A DNA stretch of 64,000 nucleotides from NCBI GenBank assembly GCA_035607285.1, contig DATNBZ010000020.1, positions 4,505 through 68,504 on the forward strand, written 5' to 3'. Source of the stretch: Blastocatellia bacterium. GTDB taxonomy: Bacteria; Acidobacteriota; Blastocatellia; UBA7656. Under the pieces are notes generated by a model. That model ran no database searches, was not told the DNA's origin, and saw only the letters and a program-made list of their open reading frames with translations. The translations under genes and the position numbers were made by a program. Below, piece by piece: positions 9,381 to 19,187 of the stretch; within the stretch, counting starts at the first letter, position 1, and each line of letters opens with the position of its first letter.

Positions 9381-9510
9381 TTCTGCGGACTCCCATTCAT
9401 CGTCTTATGGCTTGCATTGTAGCACAAAGATGCGGTGTCCCAGGAGGTTACACTGTCAGGCGTCCTGCGCTACTATTGCGTCCAGCAGAGTTTCGCGCGT
9501 GAGGCGTTCA

Positions 9511-11982
9511 ATGGAGACTATCCTTCAACACATTCGATACAGCGTTCGGTCGCTGATAAAGACCCCAGCCTTCACGGCGGTTGCGATCGTCGTTCTTGCG
9601 CTTGCCATCGGCGCCAACACCGCGATCTTTACCGTAGTCAACGCCGTGCTGATTCGGGCGCTCCCTTATCCCAATTCGGATCGGCTCGTGATGCTCTGGG
9701 AAACAAATCCGCGGTTCCAGATCGGAATCGATACGCTGCCCGTTACGCCAGGGACTTTCATGGATTGGCGAGAACAGAGCAGCGTCTTCGAACATATCTC
9801 AGCGCTGGGAGCCGGGCGTTTGAATCTGTCGGGCTCGGGTGAGCCTGAACGAATCAGTGGCGCCACCGTCTCTGCAAATTTCTTTCGATTGATGGGTATT
9901 GAGCCGAAGCTCGGTCGGGCGTTTCAAGACGACGAAGAGAAGCCCGGCGCAACCAAGGTGGCTGTCATAAGCCATGCGCTTTGGCAGAGGCGCTTCGGTG
10001 GCGCGGAGGATATTGTTGGGAAACCGATGACGCTCGACGGCGAGAGCTACACTGTAATCGGCGTCGCACCGGAAGGATTCCAGTTTCCACGCGCACGCGA
10101 GCTTCCTTACTTCGTCGGCGTGTCGTCGGCAACAGAGCTATGGCGACCGATGATTCAGTCGGAAGATTTCATTAGTAAGAAACGCGCGAATCATCAGATG
10201 ACGGTCATAGCGAAACTCAAACCCGGCGTTACTCGCGAGCAAGCTCAAGCCGAGATGACTGCGATCGCCTCGCGGCTCGAGCAAGCCTACCCGGAGAACC
10301 AGGGAATCGGCGCGAAGGTCGTTCCGCTAAGCGAGCAAGTCGTCGGCAACTCCAGAATCGCGTTGCTTGTATTGATGGGCGCGGTTGGATTGGTTCTGTT
10401 GATCGCGTGTGCGAACGTCGCCAACCTGATGCTCACTCGAGCTTCGGGAAGAAGGAAAGAGATTGCTATTCGAATCGCGCTCGGCGCAAGTCGCCGGGAC
10501 GTAATACGTCAACTGATGAGCGAGGCCCTGCTCCTCTCGCTCGCAAGCGCAGTCGCCGGAACGCTGTTGAGTCTCTGGGGCGTCAAAGCGATGCTGGCGC
10601 TAACGGGCAAAAATCTTCCCCGGCTGAACGAAGTCACTGTCGACCCGACGGTTCTTGGATTCACCGTAGCGATCGCCTTGCTGACCAGTCTGTTCTTCGG
10701 ACTGACACCCGCGTTGCAAGCTTCAAAAATCAATCTCGTCCAGACGCTGAAGGACGGCTCTCGAGGACAGTCAGGCGGGCGAGGTGCGAATCGCGTTCGC
10801 GGCGCGCTGGTTGTTGCGGAAGTTGCTCTCTCGCTGGTGTTGCTGATCGGCGCCGCGTTGATGATCAAGAGTCTTGCGCAACTGCTCGAGGTCGATCCGG
10901 GCTTTAAGACCGATCGCGCGCTCACAATGAACATAGCGTTGCTCGGATCAAAGTACCCGAGCGCGAATCAGCAAATCGGTTTCTTCGACGAGGTTCGCCG
11001 TCGCGTCGAGGTTTTGCCCGGCATCGAGTCTGTAGGGTTGATCTCATCGGCGCCTCTGAGCGGAGGAGTCTACGCGGGAGGCTTCTCGATCGAGGGCCGT
11101 GGGCCGAGGTCGGCGAATGAAGACCTCTCGGCCGACAGACGAATGATCAGCCCCGAGTATTTCAACGCTCTTCAGATTGCGCTCATCAAGGGCCGCTACT
11201 TCACCGAACGCGATAATCAAGCGTCGACCGGGGTCGCGATTGTGAGCGATTCGTGGGCGCGACGGTTTGTGCCGGACGACGATCCGATTGGCAAGCGCAT
11301 CAAGCTTGGCGGCCGCGACTCGACTCGACCGTGGCTTTCGATTGTTGGAATAGCCGGAGACGTTCGAGACACCGCGCTCGAATCGGATGCGCGGCCTTGC
11401 GTGTATTTGCCTTATTCGCAGTTCCCGGCTTCGAGTATGTCTCTTGTTGTGCGCACCGCGGTCGATTCCAGAGCCGAGTCAAAAACCTTGGTGCCCGCGA
11501 TTCGAAGCGAGGTGTGGGCGATCGATAAGGACCAGCCGGTAACGGACGTAAAGACGATGGACGAATACGTCTCGGATTCGGTTTCACCGCGTCGCGCGAA
11601 CGCGCTGCTGCTGGCCGTGTTCGCGGCGTTGGCGCTTGCGCTTGCCTCGATAGGAGTCTACGGAGTGATGGCTTATTCGGTGGCGCAGCGAGTTCGCGAA
11701 ATCGGTATCCGGATGGCGCTTGGCGCGCAGAGGTCGGATGTTGTCAGGCTGATCGTCGGAAGCGCTATGACTCTCGTGTTCGCGGGTGTGGGGATCGGGC
11801 TCGCGAGCGCGCTGGCGTTGAGCCGCGTGTTATCGAGCTTACTTTATGGAGTGAGCGCGACCGATCCAATGACTTTTGCTTTCGTTTCTGTTTTGCTTGT
11901 GTGCCTGGCATGGTTCGCAAGTTACATCCCGGCCCGCAGGGCTACAAAGGTTGATCCGATGATTGCCTTGCGACACGAATGA
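9511..11982 (+). CDS. ADOP/MacB-like duplicated FtsX ABC transporter permease (full length)
   Basis: 'METILQHIRYSVRSLIKTPAFT...' to 'VDPMIALRHE'; start taken at the conserved MET codon 9511 rather than the ORF-track start 9412. Confidence 0.9.
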   Translation: METILQHIRYSVRSLIKTPAFTAVAIVVLALAIGANTAIFTVVNAVLIRALPYPNSDRLVMLWETNPRFQIGIDTLPVTPGTFMDWREQSSVFEHISALGAGRLNLSGSGEPERISGATVSANFFRLMGIEPKLGRAFQDDEEKPGATKVAVISHALWQRRFGGAEDIVGKPMTLDGESYTVIGVAPEGFQFPRARELPYFVGVSSATELWRPMIQSEDFISKKRANHQMTVIAKLKPGVTREQAQAEMTAIASRLEQAYPENQGIGAKVVPLSEQVVGNSRIALLVLMGAVGLVLLIACANVANLMLTRASGRRKEIAIRIALGASRRDVIRQLMSEALLLSLASAVAGTLLSLWGVKAMLALTGKNLPRLNEVTVDPTVLGFTVAIALLTSLFFGLTPALQASKINLVQTLKDGSRGQSGGRGANRVRGALVVAEVALSLVLLIGAALMIKSLAQLLEVDPGFKTDRALTMNIALLGSKYPSANQQIGFFDEVRRRVEVLPGIESVGLISSAPLSGGVYAGGFSIEGRGPRSANEDLSADRRMISPEYFNALQIALIKGRYFTERDNQASTGVAIVSDSWARRFVPDDDPIGKRIKLGGRDSTRPWLSIVGIAGDVRDTALESDARPCVYLPYSQFPASSMSLVVRTAVDSRAESKTLVPAIRSEVWAIDKDQPVTDVKTMDEYVSDSVSPRRANALLLAVFAALALALASIGVYGVMAYSVAQRVREIGIRMALGAQRSDVVRLIVGSAMTLVFAGVGIGLASALALSRVLSSLLYGVSATDPMTFAFVSVLLVCLAWFASYIPARRATKVDPMIALRHE

Positions 11983-11994
11983 TCGTCCCGCTAA

Positions 11995-12093
11995 TCTTTG
12001 CGTGCTTTGCGGACCTTTGCGAGCTTTGCGTTAAACGAATTTCTGCTTGAAAGAGCGATACGTTTAACGCAAAGCTCGCAAAGCACGCAAAGG
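11995..12093. repeat. Palindromic intergenic element, family 2 (CTTTGCGAGCTTTGCG arms)
   Basis: 'ctttgcgtgctttgcggacctttgcgagctttgcgttaaacg' ... 'cgtttaacgcaaagctcgcaaagcacgcaaagg'; copies also at 27631, 33931 and 42943. Confidence 0.7.
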
Positions 12094-12125
12094 CATACTT
12101 CAATGACTAGCCCAAAGGAGTCGTA

Positions 12126-12524
12126 GTGACCAAACAAGCAAGCGGAGCCTTCGACGTGAAGGTAATTCCTCATACTGACGACGAACCCATCGAACCGACC
12201 ATCGGCAGGATGATTATCGACAAGCAGTATCACGGCCCTCTCGAAGGAACCGGCAAAGGCCAGATGCTGACGGGCGGCACCGACGTGCAGGGTTCGGGTG
12301 TCTATGTGGCGATCGAACGAGTCAACGGGACACTGGACGGCCACAGCGGCACTTTCTTACTGCAGCACGGCGGCGTAATGACGCGCGGCGTCCCGCAGCT
12401 CACGATCACCGTGGTTCCGGATTCAGGAACCGGTGATCTGGTTGGGCTCATGGGCACGATGATGATCAACATCGTCGATGGAAAACACTTTTATGAATTC
12501 GAATACACGATTACCAAATCGTAA
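12126..12524 (+). CDS. Conserved hypothetical small beta-rich protein (possibly DUF3224-like)
   Basis: GTG start 5 nt after AAGGAG RBS; 132 aa; no recognisable catalytic motifs. Confidence 0.55.
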   Translation: MTKQASGAFDVKVIPHTDDEPIEPTIGRMIIDKQYHGPLEGTGKGQMLTGGTDVQGSGVYVAIERVNGTLDGHSGTFLLQHGGVMTRGVPQLTITVVPDSGTGDLVGLMGTMMINIVDGKHFYEFEYTITKS

Positions 12525-12578
12525 TAAGACTCGTGCGAATCTTCCGCTGAGTTTTGCGCGCGGCCGAGAGGTAGTTTC

Positions 12579-13421
12579 ATGAAGTTCGGTTTGTTTGGGA
12601 TCAACTTTGGTGTAGCGGGCGACGTCAACGCGATGATCCACATCGCGAAGGCCGCCGAGGCAGCCGGGCTCGAATCGGTGTGGACCGGTGAGCACGTCGT
12701 GCTTCCTGACCCGCGTGTGGCGCCCTCGCCTTCGGATCCTCAGACTCCGCTTCTCGATCCCGCGGTGGCGCTCAGCCATATTGCCGCGCACACTTCGCGG
12801 CTACGACTTGGCACGGGTGTGATTATCCTGCCGCAACGCAACCCACTGGTTCTTGCAAAGGAGCTTGCGTCGGTCGATGTCGTTTCGCAGGGCCGGCTGA
12901 TCTTCGGTTTAGGAGCGGGCTATCTCGAACCGGAATTCCGGGCGCTCGGCGCGCCTTTCGAAGACCGAGGCGCGGTGACAGACGAAGCCATCGAGGCAAT
13001 CAAGGCTCTTTGGACGATGGAGAAGCCCGCTTACAAAGGCCGGTTCTTTTCATTCGAAGGCATCGACGCGCAGCCTCGTCCGGTACAGAAGCCGCACCCG
13101 CCGATTGTCGTCGGCGGGATGAGTCGCAGCGGAGCGAAACGCGCCGCCCGATATGGAAACGGCTGGTACGGCTTTCTCACTGATCTTGAAGCGACCGCCC
13201 AAAGCATCGAATGGATTCGAGATTACATAGCAGGCGGTGCGCGTCCCGACGAACTGGGCGAAGTCGAGATATCGGTTACGCCCCCGATGCGGCTGACGAC
13301 TGCGGTAGTAGATAAGTACGCCGAGATCGGCGTGCATCGGCTCATCCCGATGTCGAACGCAACGTCGTTGGGCGAGGTCCTTCGGTTGGTGGACGATATC
13401 GGTGAGATCGCGTCGCGGTGA
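12579..13421 (+). CDS. LLM-class (luciferase-like) flavin/F420-dependent oxidoreductase
   Basis: 'MKFGLFGINFG...AAEAAGLESVWTGEHVVLP' TIM-barrel LLM signature; GAGGT RBS. Confidence 0.85.
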   Translation: MKFGLFGINFGVAGDVNAMIHIAKAAEAAGLESVWTGEHVVLPDPRVAPSPSDPQTPLLDPAVALSHIAAHTSRLRLGTGVIILPQRNPLVLAKELASVDVVSQGRLIFGLGAGYLEPEFRALGAPFEDRGAVTDEAIEAIKALWTMEKPAYKGRFFSFEGIDAQPRPVQKPHPPIVVGGMSRSGAKRAARYGNGWYGFLTDLEATAQSIEWIRDYIAGGARPDELGEVEISVTPPMRLTTAVVDKYAEIGVHRLIPMSNATSLGEVLRLVDDIGEIASR

Positions 13422-13475
13422 AATGGCTGCCGAAAACGTAGCGTCACTAACTCCCGGAGTGGTGTAACAGTATTT

Positions 13476-13563
13476 TGCTCCCCCGCGTCCTCGGCGTCCC
13501 TGCGGTTCTCTTGATCGGTGTTGGGGATCAACCGCAGAGGACGCAGAGGACGCCGAGGGGCAA
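13476..13563. repeat. Palindromic intergenic element, family 3 (GCGTCCTCGGCGTCCCTGCGGTT ... AACCGCAGAGGACGCAGAGGACGC)
   Basis: Inverted arms around a 20-bp loop; related copies at 15567, 38379, 50112 and 55925. Confidence 0.65.
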
Positions 13564-13672
13564 CGCACGATGTCCGCTCCCTAACTCCAAAAAGATGGTG
13601 TATTGTCTGCCGATCGACATATAATGCCAAAGTAAGCTTGAGCCGCAACAGAGGCGTGACGGAGTTGCAATC

Positions 13673-14245
13673 GTGGAAACCCTGCCGAAACTAACAAGCG
13701 CAGACCTGGGACTCTTGCCGGAGGACGGCAAACTGTACGAATTGATCGATGGAGAACTCTACGTGTCTCGACAACCGTCCTGGGATCATCAGTATTCGTG
13801 TGTTCGCTTGGCCAGATTTCTAGATGAATGGAATGAGCAGGCTGACCTCGGAGTTGTTAACGCCGCGCCCGGTGTGATCTTTGCCGAAGATGATGATGTC
13901 GCTCCCGACCTGGTTTGGATAAGTCACGGCAAGCTAAGCACTGCGCTTGGTGAAGACCGAAAACTCCACTCCGCTCCTGAGTTGGTCATTGAAGTGCTAT
14001 CGCCCGGCTTCGCCAACCAGCAGCGTGATCGGCAGGCAAAACTGAAACTCTACAGCCGGCGCGGAGTGGTGGAATACTGGATCGTGAACGGACTAGAACA
14101 TGAAGTGGAGGTCTATCGCCACGACGGGATCAGCTTACGCTTTTGCGTGACACTTGGTGGTGAAGATCTCCTGGAGTCGCCCTTGTTGCCAGGATTCTCC
14201 TGCCGCGTGAGCAAGCTCTTCTTCGAGGGTTCACCGGGGGCCTAA
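13673..14245 (+). CDS. Uma2-family (DUF820) putative endonuclease
   Basis: 'ELVIEVLSPGFANQQRDRQAKLKLYSRRGVVEYWIVN' PD-(D/E)xK-like Uma2 signature; GTG start. Confidence 0.8.
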   Translation: METLPKLTSADLGLLPEDGKLYELIDGELYVSRQPSWDHQYSCVRLARFLDEWNEQADLGVVNAAPGVIFAEDDDVAPDLVWISHGKLSTALGEDRKLHSAPELVIEVLSPGFANQQRDRQAKLKLYSRRGVVEYWIVNGLEHEVEVYRHDGISLRFCVTLGGEDLLESPLLPGFSCRVSKLFFEGSPGA

Positions 14246-14418
14246 GCAGCACAATACTCATGCTGCTTCTGGGAAACTGATTTCCCGCAAGTGGACACAG
14301 CCACAAAAGGGGCCCGCCCGGGCTCGACCTAACACGAATCATTTAAGCACTTATCGGTACGAACTTTCTGGCACGCGGCTTGGCTAACAAGCAGCCTTGT
14401 ACTAGTGAGGTATTAGTC

Positions 14419-15565
14419 ATGTCTGCTGTAGTTCCTGCTGCTCCGCGAACCCTGATCGCCGACGATCAACCCGACGTGCTTGAAGCGCTCCGCCTCCTGC
14501 TGAAAGGCGAAGGCTACGAGACCCACGCGGTTACCACCCCCTCGGATGTGATCAAGGCCTTGAAGGCTAATGACTTTGATCTGTTGTTGATGGATCTGAA
14601 CTACGCGCGTGACACGACGTCGGGTCAGGAAGGGCTCGACCTGTTGTCACGAGTCCAGGCCGTCGACAGCACGCTTCCCATAGTTGTCATGACTGCGTGG
14701 GGAAGCGTCGAGCTTGCAGTCGAAGCGATGCGCCGGGGTGTGCGGGATTTCGTGTTGAAGCCCTGGGAAAACAATCGGCTGCTCACGATCCTACGGACTC
14801 AAATCGAGATGGGTTACGCGATGCGCAAGACAGCGCGGCTCAAGACCGAACAGGAGCGCGAGCTTGTCGAAGCGCGAGCCATTCAGCGGCGGCTTTTGCC
14901 AACCGAGATTCCTCAGATCGACGGCGGCCGAATCGCCGGCGCGTGGAGACCGGCTCGCACGGTGAGCGGCGACTACTTTGATGTGTTGAAGTTCAGCGAG
15001 ACTCGAGCCGCCCTGTGCATCGCAGACGTTTCAGGCAAGGGAATGCCCGCGGCCCTGTTGATGTCCAACGTGCAGGCCGCCGTTCACTCGTTCGCTTCCG
15101 AGACCGTTTCGCCATCCGAGTTGTGCGCGAAGGTGAACCACGTTGTGTCGGCGAGCACGGGCGAACAAGTTCATCACGTTCTTCTACGGCGTCGTGGACA
15201 CCGGAGAGAAGACGCTGACGTACACCAACGCGGGTCATAACGCGGGAATTCTCCTTCGCAACGACGGCTCGCTCGAGAGGCTCGAGCCGGCTGATGCAGT
15301 GCTCGGTCCATTTCGTAGTTGGAATTACACTGAAGCGAAGATTGAACTGTGTTCCGGCGATCGGCTTTTGCTGTTCACCGATGGGGTTACCGAGTTAAGA
15401 AACGCGGCGGCGGATGAGTTTGGCGAAGACCGTCTGATTGAATTGCTGATTCAAAATCGAGAGCTGGAAGCCGAGCAATTGCGGGATCGAATCGTGCAGG
15501 CCGTGGTGGATTTCAGCGGCGGCGAGTTCCAGGACGACGCGACGTTGCTGGTGCTGCGCGCGTAA
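14419..15565 (+). pseudogene. Response-regulator receiver + PP2C/SpoIIE (RsbU-like) phosphatase gene interrupted by a frameshift near 15165-15175
   Basis: Receiver domain (DDQPDVLE...LLMDLNYA...) and the first half of the PP2C domain in frame 1 end at 15240; the conserved 'KFITFFYGVVDTGEKTLTYTNAGH' continuation is in the +1 frame (ORF 15143-15565). A one-base indel around 'ggcgaacaag' would join them. Confidence 0.65.
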
Positions 15566-15566
15566 T

Positions 15567-15635
15567 CGCGTCCCCTGCGGTTTTCCGGCATCAGTCCGAG
15601 ATCAAACCGCTGAGGACGCAGAGGACGCTGAGGGT
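15567..15635. repeat. Palindromic intergenic element, family 3 (short copy)
   Basis: 'gcgtcccctgcggtt'...'aaccgctgaggacgcagaggacgc'. Confidence 0.6.
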
Positions 15636-15802
15636 TAGCCGTTTTATTCGGTGAGGCTGCGCTCTAACCGTTCCGCTGAGAGGCCGCTTCGTCACACGAA
15701 ATTGCATTTCATCACAAACCACTTCTCCTGGAGCCGTCGGATTTGCATTCTCGTGTCGAATACCGAGACGTTCGACGACGACGATTAAGACGACCGATTC
15801 TT

Positions 15803-17116
15803 ATGAGAACCAAAGTGAGTATTATCGCGCTCGTGGCGGCGCTTGGTTTGGCGGGGCTGACATCGGCGCCGGCGGACCCCAGCGACGACCCGCCAAAGAC
15901 CGCGCGATACTATCGCCAGCAAGCCGCGGCCGCTTACAAGGCGAAGGACTATGCGCTGGCAATCGACAACCTGAAGAAGGCTCTCGAGTTGATCCCGGAT
16001 CACCCAACCCTGTTTTACAACATCGCTGCAATCTCAGCCCTCCAGGGGAAGAAGTCCGATGCGATTGCCGGACTAACCAAAGTCGCCGCGATGGGTCTGG
16101 CGCTGCATCCTGAAAAGGACGGCGACTTTGATTCGATCAAAGACAGTGATGAGTTCAAGAACGTGCTCAGGCGGTTCGAGAGCAACAACGCGCCGGTAAT
16201 AAACAGCGCGACCGCGTTTACGATTCACGAAAAAGGACTGATCACCGAAGGCCTGGCTTATGATCCCGTGAGCGAGACCTTCTTTGTCAGCAGCGTTCAC
16301 AAAAGAAGGATTCTCGCCGTGAACAAGAACGGCGAAGCGAAAACCTTCGCCGGCGAACAAGCCGGGCTATGGAGCGTCCTCGGCATGAAGGTCGATGCGA
16401 AGCGGCGGCTGTTGTGGGCTACTACGACTGCGTTTCCGCAAATGGTCAACTTCAACAAGGACGAAGAGAACACTTCCGCAGTTCTGAAGTTTGATTTGAA
16501 AACCGGCAAGCTCATAAAACGATACGTGCTGCCCAACAAACCAAAAGGGCACGGGCTAGGCGATCTGACCATCGACTCGAACGGCAATGTGTTCACGACC
16601 GACAGCCTGACTCCGGCGGTCTACGTCATCCATCCCCAAAAGGATGAAGAGAAGGATGAAATCGAATTGTTTCTCGAGAACGACGGATTCATCTCGCCCC
16701 AGGGACTCGCGTTCTCCGGCGACGAACGGCACCTCTTCATGGCAGACTATTCAACCGGCCTCTTCGATATTGATGTTCGAACAAAGAGGGTCGTGCATCT
16801 GCCGCCGCTCGAAGGCGCGACGCTGCTGGGAATAGACGGGTTGTACTTTTACGGAGGCAACCTGATCGGCGTGCAGAACGGAGTAGCGCCGTGGCGATTG
16901 GTGCGAATAGTCCTGACGGATGACTTCAAACGCGTCGAACGCTTGCAGGTGATCGAAGCCAACAATCCGGTGTTTGATGAACCAACGCTTGGGGTGATTG
17001 TTAGAGACAGCTTTTATTTTATTGCTAACAGCCAGTGGGGGCTTGTCGACGACAAGGGACAACTCGGTCCGGCGGACAAGCTCGCTGATCCAGTTGTTCT
17101 GAAGATGAAATTGTGA
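15803..17116 (+). CDS. Secreted TPR-repeat / SMP-30-gluconolactonase-LRE-like beta-propeller protein
   Basis: Signal peptide 'MRTKVSIIALVAALGLAGLTSAPA', TPR-like helical segment, then propeller-like repeats; start taken at MRTK (15803) rather than ORF-track start 15743. Confidence 0.7.
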   Translation: MRTKVSIIALVAALGLAGLTSAPADPSDDPPKTARYYRQQAAAAYKAKDYALAIDNLKKALELIPDHPTLFYNIAAISALQGKKSDAIAGLTKVAAMGLALHPEKDGDFDSIKDSDEFKNVLRRFESNNAPVINSATAFTIHEKGLITEGLAYDPVSETFFVSSVHKRRILAVNKNGEAKTFAGEQAGLWSVLGMKVDAKRRLLWATTTAFPQMVNFNKDEENTSAVLKFDLKTGKLIKRYVLPNKPKGHGLGDLTIDSNGNVFTTDSLTPAVYVIHPQKDEEKDEIELFLENDGFISPQGLAFSGDERHLFMADYSTGLFDIDVRTKRVVHLPPLEGATLLGIDGLYFYGGNLIGVQNGVAPWRLVRIVLTDDFKRVERLQVIEANNPVFDEPTLGVIVRDSFYFIANSQWGLVDDKGQLGPADKLADPVVLKMKL

Positions 17117-18609
17117 GCGCGCTAAGAGGACGACTCTTGAAAAGTGTTTGGCTGACGATCGGGCTGTTGCTAACCTCAGCCGTATTACCCGCTCAATCGG
17201 CCGCCCAGGCGCCGCCGCGGAAGGGAATAAGCATCATTGCCTTGACTCACGTCACGGTGATCGACGGCACAGGTGCGCCTCCCAAATCCGACGTTACCCT
17301 TGTGCTCGCCGGCTATCGCATCGCGGATATCGGAAAGGCCATCCCGATTCCCCATCAGGCCAGAATCATCGATGCGGCCGGTTCATTCGTCATCCCGGGT
17401 CTCTGGGACATGCACGCCCATCCGGACGATCCCGAGTTGTGGCCTGTCCATCCAGGTGAACAGGAAAAGGCATCGCTGCTTACGCTGCTGATCGCGAATG
17501 GAGTCACGGGAATTCGCGACATGGGCGGCGATCTGAAATTGCTTCAGAACTGGAGAAGCCGCATAGGCGCAGGCGTGCTGATCGGACCTCACATAAGAGC
17601 ATGCGGCCCGTTGCTTGACGGCCCTAACCCGATGTGGCCCGGCTCAATTGCAATAACAAACGCGGAACGGGCTCGACAAGCCGTGCGCGATCTGAAAAAG
17701 CAACGCGCGGATTTTATAAAAGTATATTCAGGCCTTTCGCGCGATGCTTTCCTGGCGATCGCCGATGAAGCTAAGCAGCTCAGGATTCCTTTCGCGGGGC
17801 ACGTGCCGGATTCGATAACCCCCGCCGAAGCCTCCGATGCCGGGCAAGCAAGCGAAGAGCATCTGCTGCAAATAATCGAATCGTGCTCGGACCGCGAGGC
17901 GGTAAGGGACAAACTCGATTCCCTGCGCGGGGCTTCACCGATTGAGCGACGGCGCGCTTATGTCGAGACGATGCTGGCGACGTTCGATCAGAAAAAGGCC
18001 GACGCGCTGTTTGCCAAATTCGTGAAGAACAACACCTGGGTAACTCCTACGATTGTCGCATGGCAAAACAATGTCTCGTTTGAAGATCTTTATCCGAAGT
18101 CGATCGATCGCCTTAAGTACATGCCGCGTTACATAATTGAGTACTGGGACCCGAAGAACAATGTGCATCTCAAAAACCGGTCTCCGGAGCGTATCGCTGT
18201 TGAAAAGAAACTGGTGAACAAGTATCTGGAAGTCATCGGCGCAATGAATCGCGCGGGAGTGAAGCTGATGACCGGCTCGGACTTCGGCGCGAACCCGCTT
18301 CTGTTTCCCGGCTGGGGGGTTCATGACGAGATGGCGCTCTTCGTGAAGGCGGGGCTGACTCCGATGGAGGCGATTCAAACCGCAACCAAAAACCCGACAA
18401 CATTTTTTGAGGTTAACAACTCAGTCGGCACCGTCGAGAAAGGGAAGATAGCCGATCTGGTGGTGCTCAGCGCGAACCCGTTGGAGGACATCAACAACAC
18501 GCGCAAGATCACAGCAGTTTTCTTCGGCGGTAAAATGTTCGACCGCGCCGAGCTGAACCGTATGCTGAATTCTGTTGCAGCGTCCGCCAACCAAAAGGAT
18601 AAGAAATGA
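17113..18609 (+). CDS. Amidohydrolase-family metal-dependent hydrolase (secreted)
   Basis: Signal peptide, 'PGLWDMHAHP' metal-binding HxH motif; ATGA overlap with the upstream gene. Confidence 0.85.
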   Translation: MSALRGRLLKSVWLTIGLLLTSAVLPAQSAAQAPPRKGISIIALTHVTVIDGTGAPPKSDVTLVLAGYRIADIGKAIPIPHQARIIDAAGSFVIPGLWDMHAHPDDPELWPVHPGEQEKASLLTLLIANGVTGIRDMGGDLKLLQNWRSRIGAGVLIGPHIRACGPLLDGPNPMWPGSIAITNAERARQAVRDLKKQRADFIKVYSGLSRDAFLAIADEAKQLRIPFAGHVPDSITPAEASDAGQASEEHLLQIIESCSDREAVRDKLDSLRGASPIERRRAYVETMLATFDQKKADALFAKFVKNNTWVTPTIVAWQNNVSFEDLYPKSIDRLKYMPRYIIEYWDPKNNVHLKNRSPERIAVEKKLVNKYLEVIGAMNRAGVKLMTGSDFGANPLLFPGWGVHDEMALFVKAGLTPMEAIQTATKNPTTFFEVNNSVGTVEKGKIADLVVLSANPLEDINNTRKITAVFFGGKMFDRAELNRMLNSVAASANQKDKK

Positions 18610-19175
18610 AAAAAGCAAAAGCAGTAAGTTGCGTGGCAGCTCTGATGGTTTTCAGTTGCGCAGCGGCGGGCAGCTTTGGAAGGCCGGCGGCCCGGCAAGC
18701 GACAGACAAGCCCGCTGCTCCGGCGGCCAACCCCGCGGACGTTGCGTCGATGGATTCTATCGTCGCTGCTCTCTACGACGTCATTTCGGGCCCCGCCGGA
18801 AAGAAGCGCGACTGGGACCGGATGCGCTCGCTGTTCGTTCCGTACGGCCGGTTGATACCGGTTGGCAAAAGGGCCAACGGCGAAATGGGAAACCGAGCGA
18901 TGTCGGTCGACGATTACATCGCCGGCTCGGCGAAATTCCTCGAGGAGAACGGCTTCTACGAACGCGAGATCGCGCGGCGCGCGGAGCGGTTCGGTAACAT
19001 CGCGCACATCTTTAGCACCTATGAATCGAAGCATAAGGCTGACGATCCGAAGCCGTTCGCTCGCGGCATCAACAGCATTCAAGTCATGAACGACGGAAAG
19101 CGATGGTGGATCGTCACCGTGTTCTGGCAGGGCGAGAGCGCCGACAATCCGCTTCCGGAGAAGTATCTGAAATAA
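18606..19175 (+). CDS. Hypothetical exported protein
   Basis: Signal peptide 'MKKAKAVSCVAALMVFSCAAAGS'; ATGA overlap with the amidohydrolase stop; no family recognised. Confidence 0.6.
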   Translation: MKKAKAVSCVAALMVFSCAAAGSFGRPAARQATDKPAAPAANPADVASMDSIVAALYDVISGPAGKKRDWDRMRSLFVPYGRLIPVGKRANGEMGNRAMSVDDYIAGSAKFLEENGFYEREIARRAERFGNIAHIFSTYESKHKADDPKPFARGINSIQVMNDGKRWWIVTVFWQGESADNPLPEKYLK

Positions 19176-19187
19176 GAAGTATCTGAA

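Noticed and set aside
9412-9510. ORF-track 5' extension of the ADOP gene (MHCSTKMRCPRRLHCQ...)
   Set aside because: All paralogs start at the conserved MET(L/I)LQ motif; the extension is Cys/Arg-rich, has no RBS and no homology support.
15143-15565. ORF 15143-15565 as an independent gene
   Set aside because: It encodes the second half of a PP2C domain and is continuous with 14419-15240 after a one-base frame correction; treated as part of a single frameshifted gene.
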